From: Minisyncoccia bacterium | GTDB lineage: Bacteria; Patescibacteriota; Minisyncoccia; Phycocordibacterales; Phycocordibacteraceae | Length of the DNA stretch: 50,934 nucleotides | Assembly: GCA_050011835.1 (NCBI GenBank) | Contig: JBEKII010000005.1 | Coordinates: 1-50,934, forward strand | Direction of reading: 5' to 3' | Shown: in pieces, positions 16,547 through 26,207 of the stretch | Position numbering within the stretch: position 1 is the stretch's first letter | Layout: every line of letters begins with the position of its first letter | Translations under genes and position numbers: made by a program | The notes under the pieces: generated by a model | Databases searched by the model: none | What the model saw: the letters and a program-made list of their open reading frames with translations, nothing else | What the model was told of the DNA's origin: nothing

Positions 16547-18331
16547 TTAATTCGTGCGAATAAATCCGCCCGCCTGAATCTCCCAAAGCTTCTTATAAAG
16601 ATTGCTCTCGTGCGCGAGGAGCTCCTCGTGTGTGCCAGAGAGAACGACGATACCGTGTTCCATCACGATAAGACGGTCCATATGCATCACTGTTGAAAGA
16701 CGGTGCGCGATGGCGATGACGGTTTTCCCTTCCATTAAGTGCCCGAGTGTTTCTTGAATGAACCGTTCGGACTCGGAGTCCAGGCTTGACGTTGCTTCGT
16801 CTAAAACGAGAATGGGCGCATTCTTTAAAATGGCGCGTGCGATCGCCACGCGCTGACGTTCACCACCTGAGAGCTTCACGCCGCGTTCGCCCACCATCGT
16901 TGCAAATCCTTCTTGATAGTGGCTGATGAATTCGTAACAGTGCGCCTGCTTCGCCGCTTCAATAACTTCCTCATCCGTCGCGTCTTGACGGCCGTAGCGA
17001 ATATTTTCCATGAGCGAACGGTGAAAAAGTATCGGCTCCTGCGGGACGAAAGCGATTGCTTTGCGTAAACTCTCTTGCGTTACGGAAGCGATATTCTGGC
17101 CATCAATCAATATGGCGCCGCCGCTCACGTCATACAGGCGAAGCAGAAGTTTAGCGATGGTCGTCTTCCCCGCGCCCGAAGAGCCGACGAGCGCCACCTT
17201 CTCGTGTGGCGCAACCTCAAGCGTGAAGTCCTGAAATACTTCACGGCTATCACGATATTCAAAGTGGACATGGTCAAAAGAAATTGCGCCTCCAGTCACG
17301 TGAAGCGGCACCGCGTTCGACACATCCTGGATCGCCTGCGGCATCTCAAGGATATCCAGCATCTCGGTCGCATCGGCGAAAGCATCGTAGAGCTGACGCA
17401 TATTTGCTCCGATGCTCCAAATGCGATCCATAAGCCCGAGAATATAGACCTGAATGAGTACGAAATCGCCCACGGTTACGAGACCGCGCTCCCAGAGCAC
17501 TACCGCGCCAGCGAGAAGTGCCAACTCTATGCCGACGGCAAGAAGTCCTTGCACGCCGTAAATCCACGCATCAGCGTCCCAGACGCGTTTCGTCGCCGCA
17601 TACCAGCGCGTGACCAATTCCGCAAACTTAGAATTCTCATACCATGCACCGGCGAAAGCCGTAATCGTGGAGTGATTGGTAATCGCATCGGAGAGATAGC
17701 CAGTCACATTGCTATCCGCTTCGGTGCGCGCCGCCCGTAAAGGTTGAAGCCGAAGTGCCATTTTAAATTGAACAAAAACGAACAAAACCGTCCACACGAA
17801 GAGCCCGGCGCCAAGCCATAGACTACGCACCGAGAGCACGCCGATGATGCCGATAGCAAAGACAAATGTCGGGAAAAAATTTGAAATGAGGTTGTCGCAC
17901 ACTTGCTCAAAGGAGCGCGCATATCGCGTTACGCGGCGCGTGAGCGTGCCGGTAAAATTAGAAATGAAAAACTCGTGCGCGTGACCGATGAGGCGCGCGA
18001 ACGCGCTATCGTAAAGGTCGTTCATGGTCTTCGCTTCAAGCCGCGTAAGCGCGAGCATGTGGAGACGTTGAGTGAGCCAGCCCGCGAGATTAATGACACC
18101 AAATAGAACAAGCGCGGTAAAAATCATTGGCGTTACCGCAGAAGAAGGCGTATTCCCCGAAAGGATATTGATGAACTGTCGCAGATAGAGCGGCGCGATG
18201 ATACCTGCTGCTTCAGTGGCGATAACCGCGACGATGGCGCTCCATAAAAGCCACGGATGCGAGAGGGTGGCCGTACCGTATGTGCGTAGCACGGGCCATA
18301 CCCGTGCTGATTTTTTCTGTATCGGGGGCAT
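16547..18331 (-). CDS. ABC exporter, fused permease/ATPase (MsbA/lipid A-multidrug type)
   Basis: 594 aa with six N-terminal TMs, Walker A GSSGAGKTT, signature LSGGERQRV and Walker B ILVLDEATS. Confidence 0.9.
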   Translation of the reverse strand: MPPIQKKSARVWPVLRTYGTATLSHPWLLWSAIVAVIATEAAGIIAPLYLRQFINILSGNTPSSAVTPMIFTALVLFGVINLAGWLTQRLHMLALTRLEAKTMNDLYDSAFARLIGHAHEFFISNFTGTLTRRVTRYARSFEQVCDNLISNFFPTFVFAIGIIGVLSVRSLWLGAGLFVWTVLFVFVQFKMALRLQPLRAARTEADSNVTGYLSDAITNHSTITAFAGAWYENSKFAELVTRWYAATKRVWDADAWIYGVQGLLAVGIELALLAGAVVLWERGLVTVGDFVLIQVYILGLMDRIWSIGANMRQLYDAFADATEMLDILEMPQAIQDVSNAVPLHVTGGAISFDHVHFEYRDSREVFQDFTLEVAPHEKVALVGSSGAGKTTIAKLLLRLYDVSGGAILIDGQNIASVTQESLRKAIAFVPQEPILFHRSLMENIRYGRQDATDEEVIEAAKQAHCYEFISHYQEGFATMVGERGVKLSGGERQRVAIARAILKNAPILVLDEATSSLDSESERFIQETLGHLMEGKTVIAIAHRLSTVMHMDRLIVMEHGIVVLSGTHEELLAHESNLYKKLWEIQAGGFIRTN

Positions 18332-18348
18332 GAAATTATTTTACCATT

Positions 18349-18654
18349 TCACGCCAACCGCGACAGACAAAGAATGGCGTCAAAATTATCCTCTTTTGAC
18401 GCCTTGTTCCACCTTTCAAAACCGCAGGAGATACAACGGTGGAGGATCGTGTACTCCCCGTTTTCAATATTCATACCGATCGGCTCCATGCGCCCGCGGC
18501 AGGTCGCTTCACGGTCGCCGGGATTCACATCCACATGTTTGCTCCAAAGACAGTGCGGGCAATGATTGGTGTAGCCGTTTCCGTGCACAAAGAATCCGCA
18601 CTCTTCGCAGGCAAAGTCCTCATCAGTCCGCTGAAATTTTTTTGAGGGAGTCAT
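18349..18654 (-). CDS. RNHCP-domain zinc-binding protein
   Basis: Motifs FACEECG, YTNHCPHCLWSKHVD, PGDREATCRG and CISCG match the RNHCP family pattern. The start was chosen at MTPSKKF (18654); upstream ATGs at 18684 and 18693 are possible. Confidence 0.6.
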   Translation of the reverse strand: MTPSKKFQRTDEDFACEECGFFVHGNGYTNHCPHCLWSKHVDVNPGDREATCRGRMEPIGMNIENGEYTILHRCISCGFERWNKASKEDNFDAILCLSRLA

Positions 18655-18669
18655 CTCTTTGTTATACTG

Positions 18670-19965
18670 ATGCGAATGGGACATATCATACAAAATTTTG
18701 AAGCGCTTGCCGAGAATGAACAGCGCCGAAGCGCGCTCTCCATAGCCGAGGCGGGTTATGCGGCCATTGATGTCGGCGACGCCTTGCGGCGCAAACTACG
18801 CATAGAGCGCGGCGAACTTCAGATTGACGGCAAAACCTATCGCCTTGCCGAGCGCCGCGTATTTTTCGTCGGTATTGGTAAGTGCGCACTCGCTGCCGTC
18901 GGAGCGATTAAAGAACTTTTCGGCGGGCAACTCGCAGGCGGCATCGCCTTTGACGCATCTCCCAATAAAAAAAATATCGCAAAAATAGAAACGTATATCG
19001 GCACGCATCCCCTGCCGAGCGAAGAAAACGAGCACACGACAGAACGCGTTATGACATTCCTTTCCGACCTTCGCGGCGATGACCTTGTCGTCATGCTCAT
19101 CTCGGGCGGCGGTTCAACTCTTCTTTGCTCCTACGAAGCACCAATGACCTATGCCGATGAAAGCGAGCTTTTTAAAGAACTCACTGCGCACGGCGCAACC
19201 ATACAAGAAATGAATGCCGTACGGAAGCATACTTCCCGCGCGCGCGGCGGCGGCCTTGCGCGCGCGGCATACCCCGCCGAGGTTATCGCGCTCATTGCTT
19301 CCGATGTGCCGGGGAACGATAGCGAGTTTATTTCTTCCGGCCCAACGACGAAAGATACGTCAACAATCGCCGACGCGAAAGAAATTCTCGTGCGCTACGA
19401 TGTTACACCCCCGGAAAATGTTCAATTCATAGAAACCCCGAAAGACGAAAAATATTTTGAACGTGTCACTAACATCCTTTTTCTCACGAACCGAAACGCT
19501 CTCTCGGCAATGCGCGATGAGGCGGCACGGCAGGGATATGCGGCCGGGATAGTTGACGAACAGTTTGCCGGAGAAGCGCGTGATGTCGGGCGCGTGATTG
19601 TAGAGAAGCTTCACACTTCGGCGTCAAAAACTGCTCTGCTCTACGGAGGCGAGAGCACTGTCGCTCTTGATGCGCATCATGGAACGGGTGGCCGTAATCA
19701 AGAAATGGCGCTCGCTGCGTTAGAGGTTGTTCATCCCGACGAACTTATTTTGCCTTTTGCTTCCGACGGGCATGACAACACCGCTCATGCGGGAGCGATT
19801 GGCGATGCCGTATCATTCGCGCACGCGCGCGCGCACGGCCTTTCACTCCAAGAGTATCTCAATGTGCATCGTTCGTATGACTTCTTTTCCACAACCGGCG
19901 ATGCCCTGCGTACGGGCTATACTGGTTCAAACGTGTCCGACCTTATCATCGCTCTTAAAAATTAA
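18670..19965 (+). CDS. Glycerate 2-kinase (DUF4147 + MOFRL family)
   Basis: 431 aa with the typical class-II glycerate kinase layout (GIGKCA..., LISGGGS, SDGHDN). Confidence 0.8.
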   Translation: MRMGHIIQNFEALAENEQRRSALSIAEAGYAAIDVGDALRRKLRIERGELQIDGKTYRLAERRVFFVGIGKCALAAVGAIKELFGGQLAGGIAFDASPNKKNIAKIETYIGTHPLPSEENEHTTERVMTFLSDLRGDDLVVMLISGGGSTLLCSYEAPMTYADESELFKELTAHGATIQEMNAVRKHTSRARGGGLARAAYPAEVIALIASDVPGNDSEFISSGPTTKDTSTIADAKEILVRYDVTPPENVQFIETPKDEKYFERVTNILFLTNRNALSAMRDEAARQGYAAGIVDEQFAGEARDVGRVIVEKLHTSASKTALLYGGESTVALDAHHGTGGRNQEMALAALEVVHPDELILPFASDGHDNTAHAGAIGDAVSFAHARAHGLSLQEYLNVHRSYDFFSTTGDALRTGYTGSNVSDLIIALKN

Positions 19966-19973
19966 TTATTCCT

Positions 19974-22412
19974 ATGGCCACCAATTATATTCTCTGGATG
20001 CACGATATCGGCATGGAGGACGTTCCCCAGGTTGGCGGCAAAAACGCATCGCTGGGGGAACTCATTCGCTCCGTGACGCCCAAAGGAGTTCGCGTGCCGA
20101 AAGGTTTTTGCGTTACCGCCGATGCATATTATTACTTCCTGAAACAGACCGGCCTTGATATTTTTATTTCCCAAACGCTTGACGGGCTTGATTCAAAAAA
20201 TTTTAAAGAACTTTCGCGATGCGGAAAACTTGTGCGCGATGCAATACGTATGACGTCGCTCCCTGCCGACCTCGCACGTGCCATTACTGAATCCTATGCG
20301 CAGATGGAGCGCGAATACGGAAAGAACGTCGACGTGGCGGTACGGTCAAGCGCGACTGCGGAGGACTTGCCGGGAGCTTCCTTCGCCGGCGAACACGAGA
20401 CGTATCTGGGTATTCGCGGCGCGCGCGACGTCGCGAAAGCGACGGTGTGGGCGATGTCTTCTCTCTTCACCGACCGCGCCATTTCCTATCGCGCTGACAA
20501 AGGATTCGCGCACACAAAAGTAGCGCTTTCCGTCGGCGTGCAGAAAATGGTTCGTTCCGACACGGGTGCTTCGGGCATTATGTTCACGGTGGATACCGAG
20601 TCCGGATTTCGTGACCTCGTTCTCATCAACGCGACGTGGGGCCTCGGCGAGATGATCGTACAGGGCCATGTAACACCGGACGAATATCTCGTCATGAAAT
20701 CAAAAATCGATAAGGCGAAAAGCCCTGTCATCGGCAAGAAGCTTGGGGTGAAAAATAAAAAAATGTTGTACGCGCTCCGGAAAGACGGTATCAAGCAGAC
20801 CAGGGTGGTGAAAACAACCACTGTTGAAAAAACACATTTCGTACTTTCCGAATCCGAAGTCATTGAACTCGCGCGTTGGGGAACGCTTATTGAAGCGCAT
20901 TATAGCAAGCGCGCGGGCGCCTGGACGCCGATGGATATGGAGTGGGCAAAGGACGGAAAAACAAATGAATTGTATATCGTCCAGGCGCGGCCCGAGACCG
21001 TGCAAGCGCGCCGCGATTTCTCAAAATTTATTGAATACACAGTGAGCGGCCAGGGGAAGGAGCTCGTGCGCGGCATATCGGTCGGCTCCAAAGTCGCAAC
21101 GGGCACGACTCGTATCATTATGAGTCCTGGTGAAATCAAAAAATTTAAGAAGGGAGAAATACTGGTGACGACCATGACCGACCCCGATTGGGAACCAATT
21201 ATGAAGATGGCGTCCGCCATTGTCACCGATCGCGGCGGGCGCACGAGTCACGCCGCCATCGTCTCTCGCGAGCTTGGCCTTCCGGCTGTCGTGGGCGCAG
21301 GTAACGCAACGCGCGTATTAAAAACGGGAACGCTCGTTACTATTGACACGACCGGCAGTGTTGGCGTCATAACCGCCGGGAAAGCGAAGGTAACAACGCG
21401 CGAACACGTCATCGGTACCCTGCCAGAAACCCGTACGAAAATCATGGTAAATATTGCATCGCCGGATATCGCCTTTGAGAATTCATTCTTACCGGTTAAG
21501 GGCGTCGGACTTGCGCGCGAGGAATTTATCATCGCCTCCGACATTGGCATACATCCGCTCGCCATCCTCAATTATCGCAAGCTCTCGTCGCGATTACGTC
21601 TTGCTATTCAGAAAAAAACGGCCGGATGGAATAATCCTGTTGATTTTTACATTGACAATCTCGCGTATGGCATCGCAAAGATCGGCGCCGCTTTCTTCCC
21701 CAAACCGGTTATCGTTCGCTTTTCCGATTTCAAGACGAACGAATATTCTACCCTCCTGGGCGGCGAAGCGTACGAGCCAGAAGAAGAAAATCCAATGATT
21801 GGCTGGCGCGGGGCCTCCCGCTACTATGACTCAAAATTTAAGAACGCATTTATCCTTGAATGCCGCGCTCTTGTGAAAGTCCGGGAACACATCGGTCTGG
21901 ATAACATCATTCCGATGATTCCCTTCTGCCGCACGACTTCGGAAGCGGAACAGGTGCTCGGCATTATGGCGAAGAACGGCCTTGTCGCGAAGTCGCTCGC
22001 TAAGGGAGGAGAAAAAACGATACCGGTCTACATCATGTGCGAGATACCCTCCAACGTGATTCTGGCCGAGGAATTTCTGGACCTTTTTGACGGCATGTCC
22101 ATCGGGTCAAATGACCTCACCCAGCTCACGCTCGGGCTTGACCGTGATTCGAACATCGTCGCGCACGTCGGCAACGAAAACGACGAGTCCGTCCGCGCAC
22201 TTATCAGCCAAATCATTCGCAAATGCTCCGCGCGCGGAAAATATCTCGGCATCTGCGGGCAGGGGCCTTCCGATCTTCCTGATTTTGCAGCATTTCTCGT
22301 ACAAGAAGGCATCGAGAGTATGTCGTTGAATCCTGACTCGGTGATAAAGACCCTTGAACAGGTTGCGGAGATTGAGGAGAAGGCTTTCCTGCCTATACAG
22401 ACAGGCCATTAG
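19974..22412 (+). CDS. ppsA: Phosphoenolpyruvate synthase (pyruvate, water dikinase)
   Basis: 812 aa with an ATP-grasp N-domain, phosphohistidine motif GGRTSHAAIVSRELGLPAVVG and a C-terminal PEP-utilising TIM barrel. Confidence 0.9.
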   Translation: MATNYILWMHDIGMEDVPQVGGKNASLGELIRSVTPKGVRVPKGFCVTADAYYYFLKQTGLDIFISQTLDGLDSKNFKELSRCGKLVRDAIRMTSLPADLARAITESYAQMEREYGKNVDVAVRSSATAEDLPGASFAGEHETYLGIRGARDVAKATVWAMSSLFTDRAISYRADKGFAHTKVALSVGVQKMVRSDTGASGIMFTVDTESGFRDLVLINATWGLGEMIVQGHVTPDEYLVMKSKIDKAKSPVIGKKLGVKNKKMLYALRKDGIKQTRVVKTTTVEKTHFVLSESEVIELARWGTLIEAHYSKRAGAWTPMDMEWAKDGKTNELYIVQARPETVQARRDFSKFIEYTVSGQGKELVRGISVGSKVATGTTRIIMSPGEIKKFKKGEILVTTMTDPDWEPIMKMASAIVTDRGGRTSHAAIVSRELGLPAVVGAGNATRVLKTGTLVTIDTTGSVGVITAGKAKVTTREHVIGTLPETRTKIMVNIASPDIAFENSFLPVKGVGLAREEFIIASDIGIHPLAILNYRKLSSRLRLAIQKKTAGWNNPVDFYIDNLAYGIAKIGAAFFPKPVIVRFSDFKTNEYSTLLGGEAYEPEEENPMIGWRGASRYYDSKFKNAFILECRALVKVREHIGLDNIIPMIPFCRTTSEAEQVLGIMAKNGLVAKSLAKGGEKTIPVYIMCEIPSNVILAEEFLDLFDGMSIGSNDLTQLTLGLDRDSNIVAHVGNENDESVRALISQIIRKCSARGKYLGICGQGPSDLPDFAAFLVQEGIESMSLNPDSVIKTLEQVAEIEEKAFLPIQTGH

Positions 22413-22415
22413 GAT

Positions 22416-23654
22416 ATGCACATTGACCGCGTCATCGCCACGTCAGTTTTAGACACGCGCGGGCGTCCGACAGTCGCGACAACTCTTTCTGCTGACGCCG
22501 TGCAAGCAACGGCGTCAATACCATCCGGCAAGAGCACTGGCTCGCATGAAGCGTTTGAATTGCGGGATACCGATGGCGGCGTCGCGCGCGCGATTAAGAA
22601 TGTAAATGAGGAAATTGCGACAGCACTCGTCGCGCGCAACTTTGACTCTCTTGATGCGCTTGACACATTCCTTGTCGGTCTTGACGGCACGACGGACAAA
22701 TCGCGCCTCGGCGCCAACGCCATCCTTTCAGTCTCCATCGCCGCGATGCGGCTTTCCGCTCTTGAAGAAGATATGCCACTCTGGAGCGCTATCGCGAAAC
22801 GCGCGGGGACGACACCGAGCGCGCCGCACCTGTATGTCAACGTCATAAACGGCGGCGCGCATGCGGATTTTCGGCTTCCGTTTCAAGAATATCTTCTGGT
22901 TGTTGACGGAAAAACGACTAAACCCGCCAGGGGCGATTCGTCCGGTGGCTCTGAGCCGCTTAGGAGCGCATTTTCTATCGCGCGAGAAATTTTTACAAAA
23001 ATAGGCGAGCGTCTTAGTGCGGGAGTGCCTATGGGCGATGAAGGCGGTTATGCTCCAATGTTTGACACGCTTGAAGAGCCGCTCGTCATTCTCGCGTCGC
23101 TCACCGCGAAATATCCAGGCACCGCGGTTGCGATTGATGCGGCGGCGGATGAACTATTCCGCGATGGCGCATATCAGCTTTTCGGAAAAACGTACACGGC
23201 GGAGGAACTTTTTCGGCTGTATGAAAATCTCGCCACGCGATTCCCTTTCCACAGCATTGAAGACCCTTTCTTTGAAGGAGCGGCGGACGATTTCACTCGC
23301 CTCACCGCAGCGCTGGGCGAAAAGATTCTCATCATCGGTGACGACCTTACCGTCACCAACCCCGTGCGCATTACGGATGCCGCTCGCAATAAAGAAATAA
23401 ATGCGGTTTTGATAAAACCGAATCAAATCGGCACCGTACGAGAAGCGATTCTCGCCGTGCAAGAAACGTACGCCGCCGGCTTTAAAGCCATCGCTTCAAA
23501 TCGTTCGGGCGAGACCGACGACACCTTTATCGCGGATTTCGCCTATGGTATCGGCGCATACGGCATCAAGGCGGGCGGATTCGCCCAGCGCGAGCGCCTG
23601 GTGAAATACGAGCGCCTGCTCGCGATAGAACGCGAGGCGGAATCAGTGGCGTAA
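22416..23654 (+). CDS. eno: Enolase
   Basis: VLDTRGRPTV N-terminus, SGETDDTFIADFA and KYERLLAIE signatures. At 412 aa it is somewhat divergent. Confidence 0.9.
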   Translation: MHIDRVIATSVLDTRGRPTVATTLSADAVQATASIPSGKSTGSHEAFELRDTDGGVARAIKNVNEEIATALVARNFDSLDALDTFLVGLDGTTDKSRLGANAILSVSIAAMRLSALEEDMPLWSAIAKRAGTTPSAPHLYVNVINGGAHADFRLPFQEYLLVVDGKTTKPARGDSSGGSEPLRSAFSIAREIFTKIGERLSAGVPMGDEGGYAPMFDTLEEPLVILASLTAKYPGTAVAIDAAADELFRDGAYQLFGKTYTAEELFRLYENLATRFPFHSIEDPFFEGAADDFTRLTAALGEKILIIGDDLTVTNPVRITDAARNKEINAVLIKPNQIGTVREAILAVQETYAAGFKAIASNRSGETDDTFIADFAYGIGAYGIKAGGFAQRERLVKYERLLAIEREAESVA

Positions 23655-23742
23655 CAGGCGCTTGACAAAATAGCCGAGTTATATACACTTTAAATAGATG
23701 CTCTCTTAAAAGATATGAGATCAAGAAAATAAGGAGGTTACT

Positions 23743-23946
23743 ATGTTCAGTTTAGTATCAAATACTTGTATAGGCACTATCCTTGCGGGAATCGTGTTGG
23801 TGATAATCGCGTTGATTATAGTCCTTCGGAGGAAGGATACCTTTTGGGAACGCAGGATAGAAAAAATATCCCCTTTCTTGTGGATCACAAGTGTCTTATC
23901 CTTTATTTCAGGCTTCGTTGTGCTGATAATGGGGCTTGCAGGGTAA
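23743..23946 (+). CDS. Small hypothetical membrane protein (67 aa, 2 TM)
   Basis: Strong SD AAGGAGG 6 nt upstream of the ATG. Two hydrophobic helices separated by a basic loop. Confidence 0.55.
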   Translation: MFSLVSNTCIGTILAGIVLVIIALIIVLRRKDTFWERRIEKISPFLWITSVLSFISGFVVLIMGLAG

Positions 23947-24064
23947 TGATGACGCGAGAAATGGCGACGCGAGTTTCTTTGGGAAACTTGCGTCGTTTTG
24001 TTTTATGGCCATTACAGCGACAACAATTGCAATCCGGCAAATTTTGTGATGAAATAGAAATACT

Positions 24065-25534
24065 ATGGCGCGGGAAGCACGGCCGCCTATCATCGCGGTG
24101 ATGGGCCATATAGACCACGGCAAGTCGTCGCTTTTGGATTATATTCGAAAGGCGAACATCGTCGCGGGCGAGGCGGGCGGCATCACTCAACATGTCGCCG
24201 CATATCGCGCCGCGCATAACGGACGGTCAATCACCTTCCTCGACACGCCCGGGCATGAGGCCTTCAAAGCGCTCCGCACGCGCGGCGCGGCGGCTGCGGA
24301 TATTGCTATTCTCGTCGTCGCAGCGGATGAAGGTGTGATGCCGCAAACTCTTGACGCGCTCGCTGCAATTAAAGATGCGGGAATTCCTTTTATCGTCGCG
24401 ATTACGAAAATTGACAAGAACAATGCGGACATAGAGCGCACGAAAACCTCATTGCTTGAGCACGAAATATTCCTTGAAGGCATGGGCGGGGATATTCCCT
24501 ATACACCCGTCTCTTCAAAAACCGGCGAGGGAATTCCCGAACTCCTTGACCTCGTGGTTCTCGCTACGGACATTGCCGAAACTACCGCCGACCCGTCAAT
24601 GAGCGCAACCGGCTTCGTGTTGGAATCAATGCAAGACTCGAAGCGCGGTTCTTCGGCGACGCTTATTATAAAAGACGGCTCGTTTCAACTCGGTGGTTTC
24701 GTTGTCGCGGGCGACGCCTACGCTCCCATACGTTTCATTGAGGACTTCCGTGGCGGGCGCGTTCCACATGCGGGACCTTCAGAACCAGTACGAATTTCTG
24801 GATTCAATAAACTTCCCGCGGCCGGTTCGCTCTTCAGTATCGTACAAAATAAAAAAGAAGCGGAGGCGCTCGTAAAGGCAAATACAAAAAATCTTGCGAT
24901 GGCGCCCGAGCGTAACGCAGCGATTGAGGGCATCGCCGAGCTTCCTCTCGTGGTAAAAGCGGATGTCGCCGGTTCTGTGGATGCGATTCTCCATGAGCTC
25001 GCTAAAATTACTCAAGAACACGGCGCTATCCGCGTTATCGCTTCGGGAGTCGGTAGCGTATCGGAAAATGACGTCAAGATTGCACATGCCTCGCTCGGCA
25101 TTATTATCGCGTTCAATGTCGGAACGGACACCATCGCCCGCGAGCTTGCCGACCGTGATGCGGTTGCTATTTTCTCTTTCTCGCTCATTTATGAGCTCTC
25201 GGCAAAGATGAAAGAACTTCTCAGGAAGCGCGTACCTACGGTCGCGACCGAACGCGAAATCGGGCGAGCAAGCGTATTGAAAACCTTTTCCTCAAACGCG
25301 AAAAAACAAGTCCTGGGCGCACGGCATGTGTCCGGCACGCTCTCGCTTGGGAATCGGGTAAAGATTCTACGCCACGAGAATGAAGTCGTTCGCGGCACTA
25401 TAGCGAATCTCCAACAAGCGCGCGCCGACGTGAAAGAAATAAAAACGGACGGCGAATTCGGTATTGAGATTGAGGCGCGCGAGAATGCGATTCCCGGAGA
25501 TGAGATTGTCGCTTTCATCATCGCCGAATCATGA
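24065..25534 (+). CDS. infB: Translation initiation factor IF-2 (short form, G domain to C2)
   Basis: G motifs GHIDHGKSS, DTPGHEAF and TKID. It is 489 aa and lacks the long N-terminal region of the E. coli protein. Confidence 0.9.
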   Translation: MAREARPPIIAVMGHIDHGKSSLLDYIRKANIVAGEAGGITQHVAAYRAAHNGRSITFLDTPGHEAFKALRTRGAAAADIAILVVAADEGVMPQTLDALAAIKDAGIPFIVAITKIDKNNADIERTKTSLLEHEIFLEGMGGDIPYTPVSSKTGEGIPELLDLVVLATDIAETTADPSMSATGFVLESMQDSKRGSSATLIIKDGSFQLGGFVVAGDAYAPIRFIEDFRGGRVPHAGPSEPVRISGFNKLPAAGSLFSIVQNKKEAEALVKANTKNLAMAPERNAAIEGIAELPLVVKADVAGSVDAILHELAKITQEHGAIRVIASGVGSVSENDVKIAHASLGIIIAFNVGTDTIARELADRDAVAIFSFSLIYELSAKMKELLRKRVPTVATEREIGRASVLKTFSSNAKKQVLGARHVSGTLSLGNRVKILRHENEVVRGTIANLQQARADVKEIKTDGEFGIEIEARENAIPGDEIVAFIIAES

Positions 25535-25845
25535 ACTCGGCCGGGAAAACAATCGCGAACCGGCACAACGACCACGTAGTCGCAATCATCGCACGCGAGG
25601 CCGCGCAATTTATCGTGCGCGAGGCCGGCAATGAATCACTCATTACTGTTATTCGCGCACGGTCCGTGGCGCATGGTGAACGCGTTATGGTTTTTGTAAG
25701 CGTTTTCCCTACCGAGAAGGCGCGCGCAGCACTCGCGTTTCTTGAACGTCAACGCTCGGCATTCTCAAGTCATTTAAAAGAACACACACGCCTCTCTCCT
25801 CTCCCGCGCATTGATTTCCTTCTTGATAACGGCGAACAATCGTGA
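25531..25845 (+). CDS. rbfA: Ribosome-binding factor A
   Basis: 4-nt ATGA overlap with infB (conserved infB-rbfA synteny). 104 aa with a KH-like pattern ITVIRARSV...VFVSV and C-terminal PRIDFLLD. Confidence 0.7.
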   Translation: MNSAGKTIANRHNDHVVAIIAREAAQFIVREAGNESLITVIRARSVAHGERVMVFVSVFPTEKARAALAFLERQRSAFSSHLKEHTRLSPLPRIDFLLDNGEQS

Positions 25846-25869
25846 CCCAGTAGGTCATTCTACTAAATG

Positions 25870-25941
25870 AGGCCCGAGCGGGAATTGAACCCGCGCATAA
25901 CGGTTTTGCAGACCGTCGTGTTACCACTTCACCACCGGGCC
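25870..25941 (-). tRNA. tRNA-Cys (anticodon GCA)
   Basis: 72-nt cloverleaf with anticodon loop CUGCAAA and the U73 discriminator typical of tRNA-Cys. Confidence 0.85.
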
Positions 25942-25982
25942 ACACTCCAAGAATAACAGAAATGATAGTATCATCAAAAGAT

Positions 25983-26075
25983 GCCGAGGTGGCGAAATTG
26001 GTAGACGCGCGACGCTTAAAACGTTGTAAGCCCTTAAATCGGCTTATGCGGGTTCGATCCCCGCCCTCGGCACCA
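25983..26075 (+). tRNA. tRNA-Leu (anticodon UAA), CCA encoded, uninterrupted
   Basis: Class II tRNA with a long variable arm, anticodon loop CUUAAAA and a 3' CCA present in the DNA. Confidence 0.85.
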
Positions 26076-26207
26076 TAAAAATTTCAGTGCCCCAGCTCAG
26101 TCCAGAACCTTGCCCAATGAGGCGTTGTAAGGATTCTTTGGCATCTTCTGAGTATAGCAAACCGAGGCCGCTCGGTCAGGGGGTCAGATTCCCAATTTAA
26201 GGAAATA

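Noticed and set aside
24065-25534. IF-2 looks N-terminally truncated (489 aa).
   Set aside because: All G-domain and C-terminal elements are present, and short IF-2 forms lacking the variable N-terminal region are common in bacteria with reduced genomes. There is no sign of a missing upstream exon or frameshift.
25983-26075. Checked tRNA-Leu(UAA), the classic host of cyanobacterial/plastid group I introns, for an intron.
   Set aside because: The gene is continuous with a normal 7-nt anticodon loop CUUAAAA and a long variable arm. There is no insertion.
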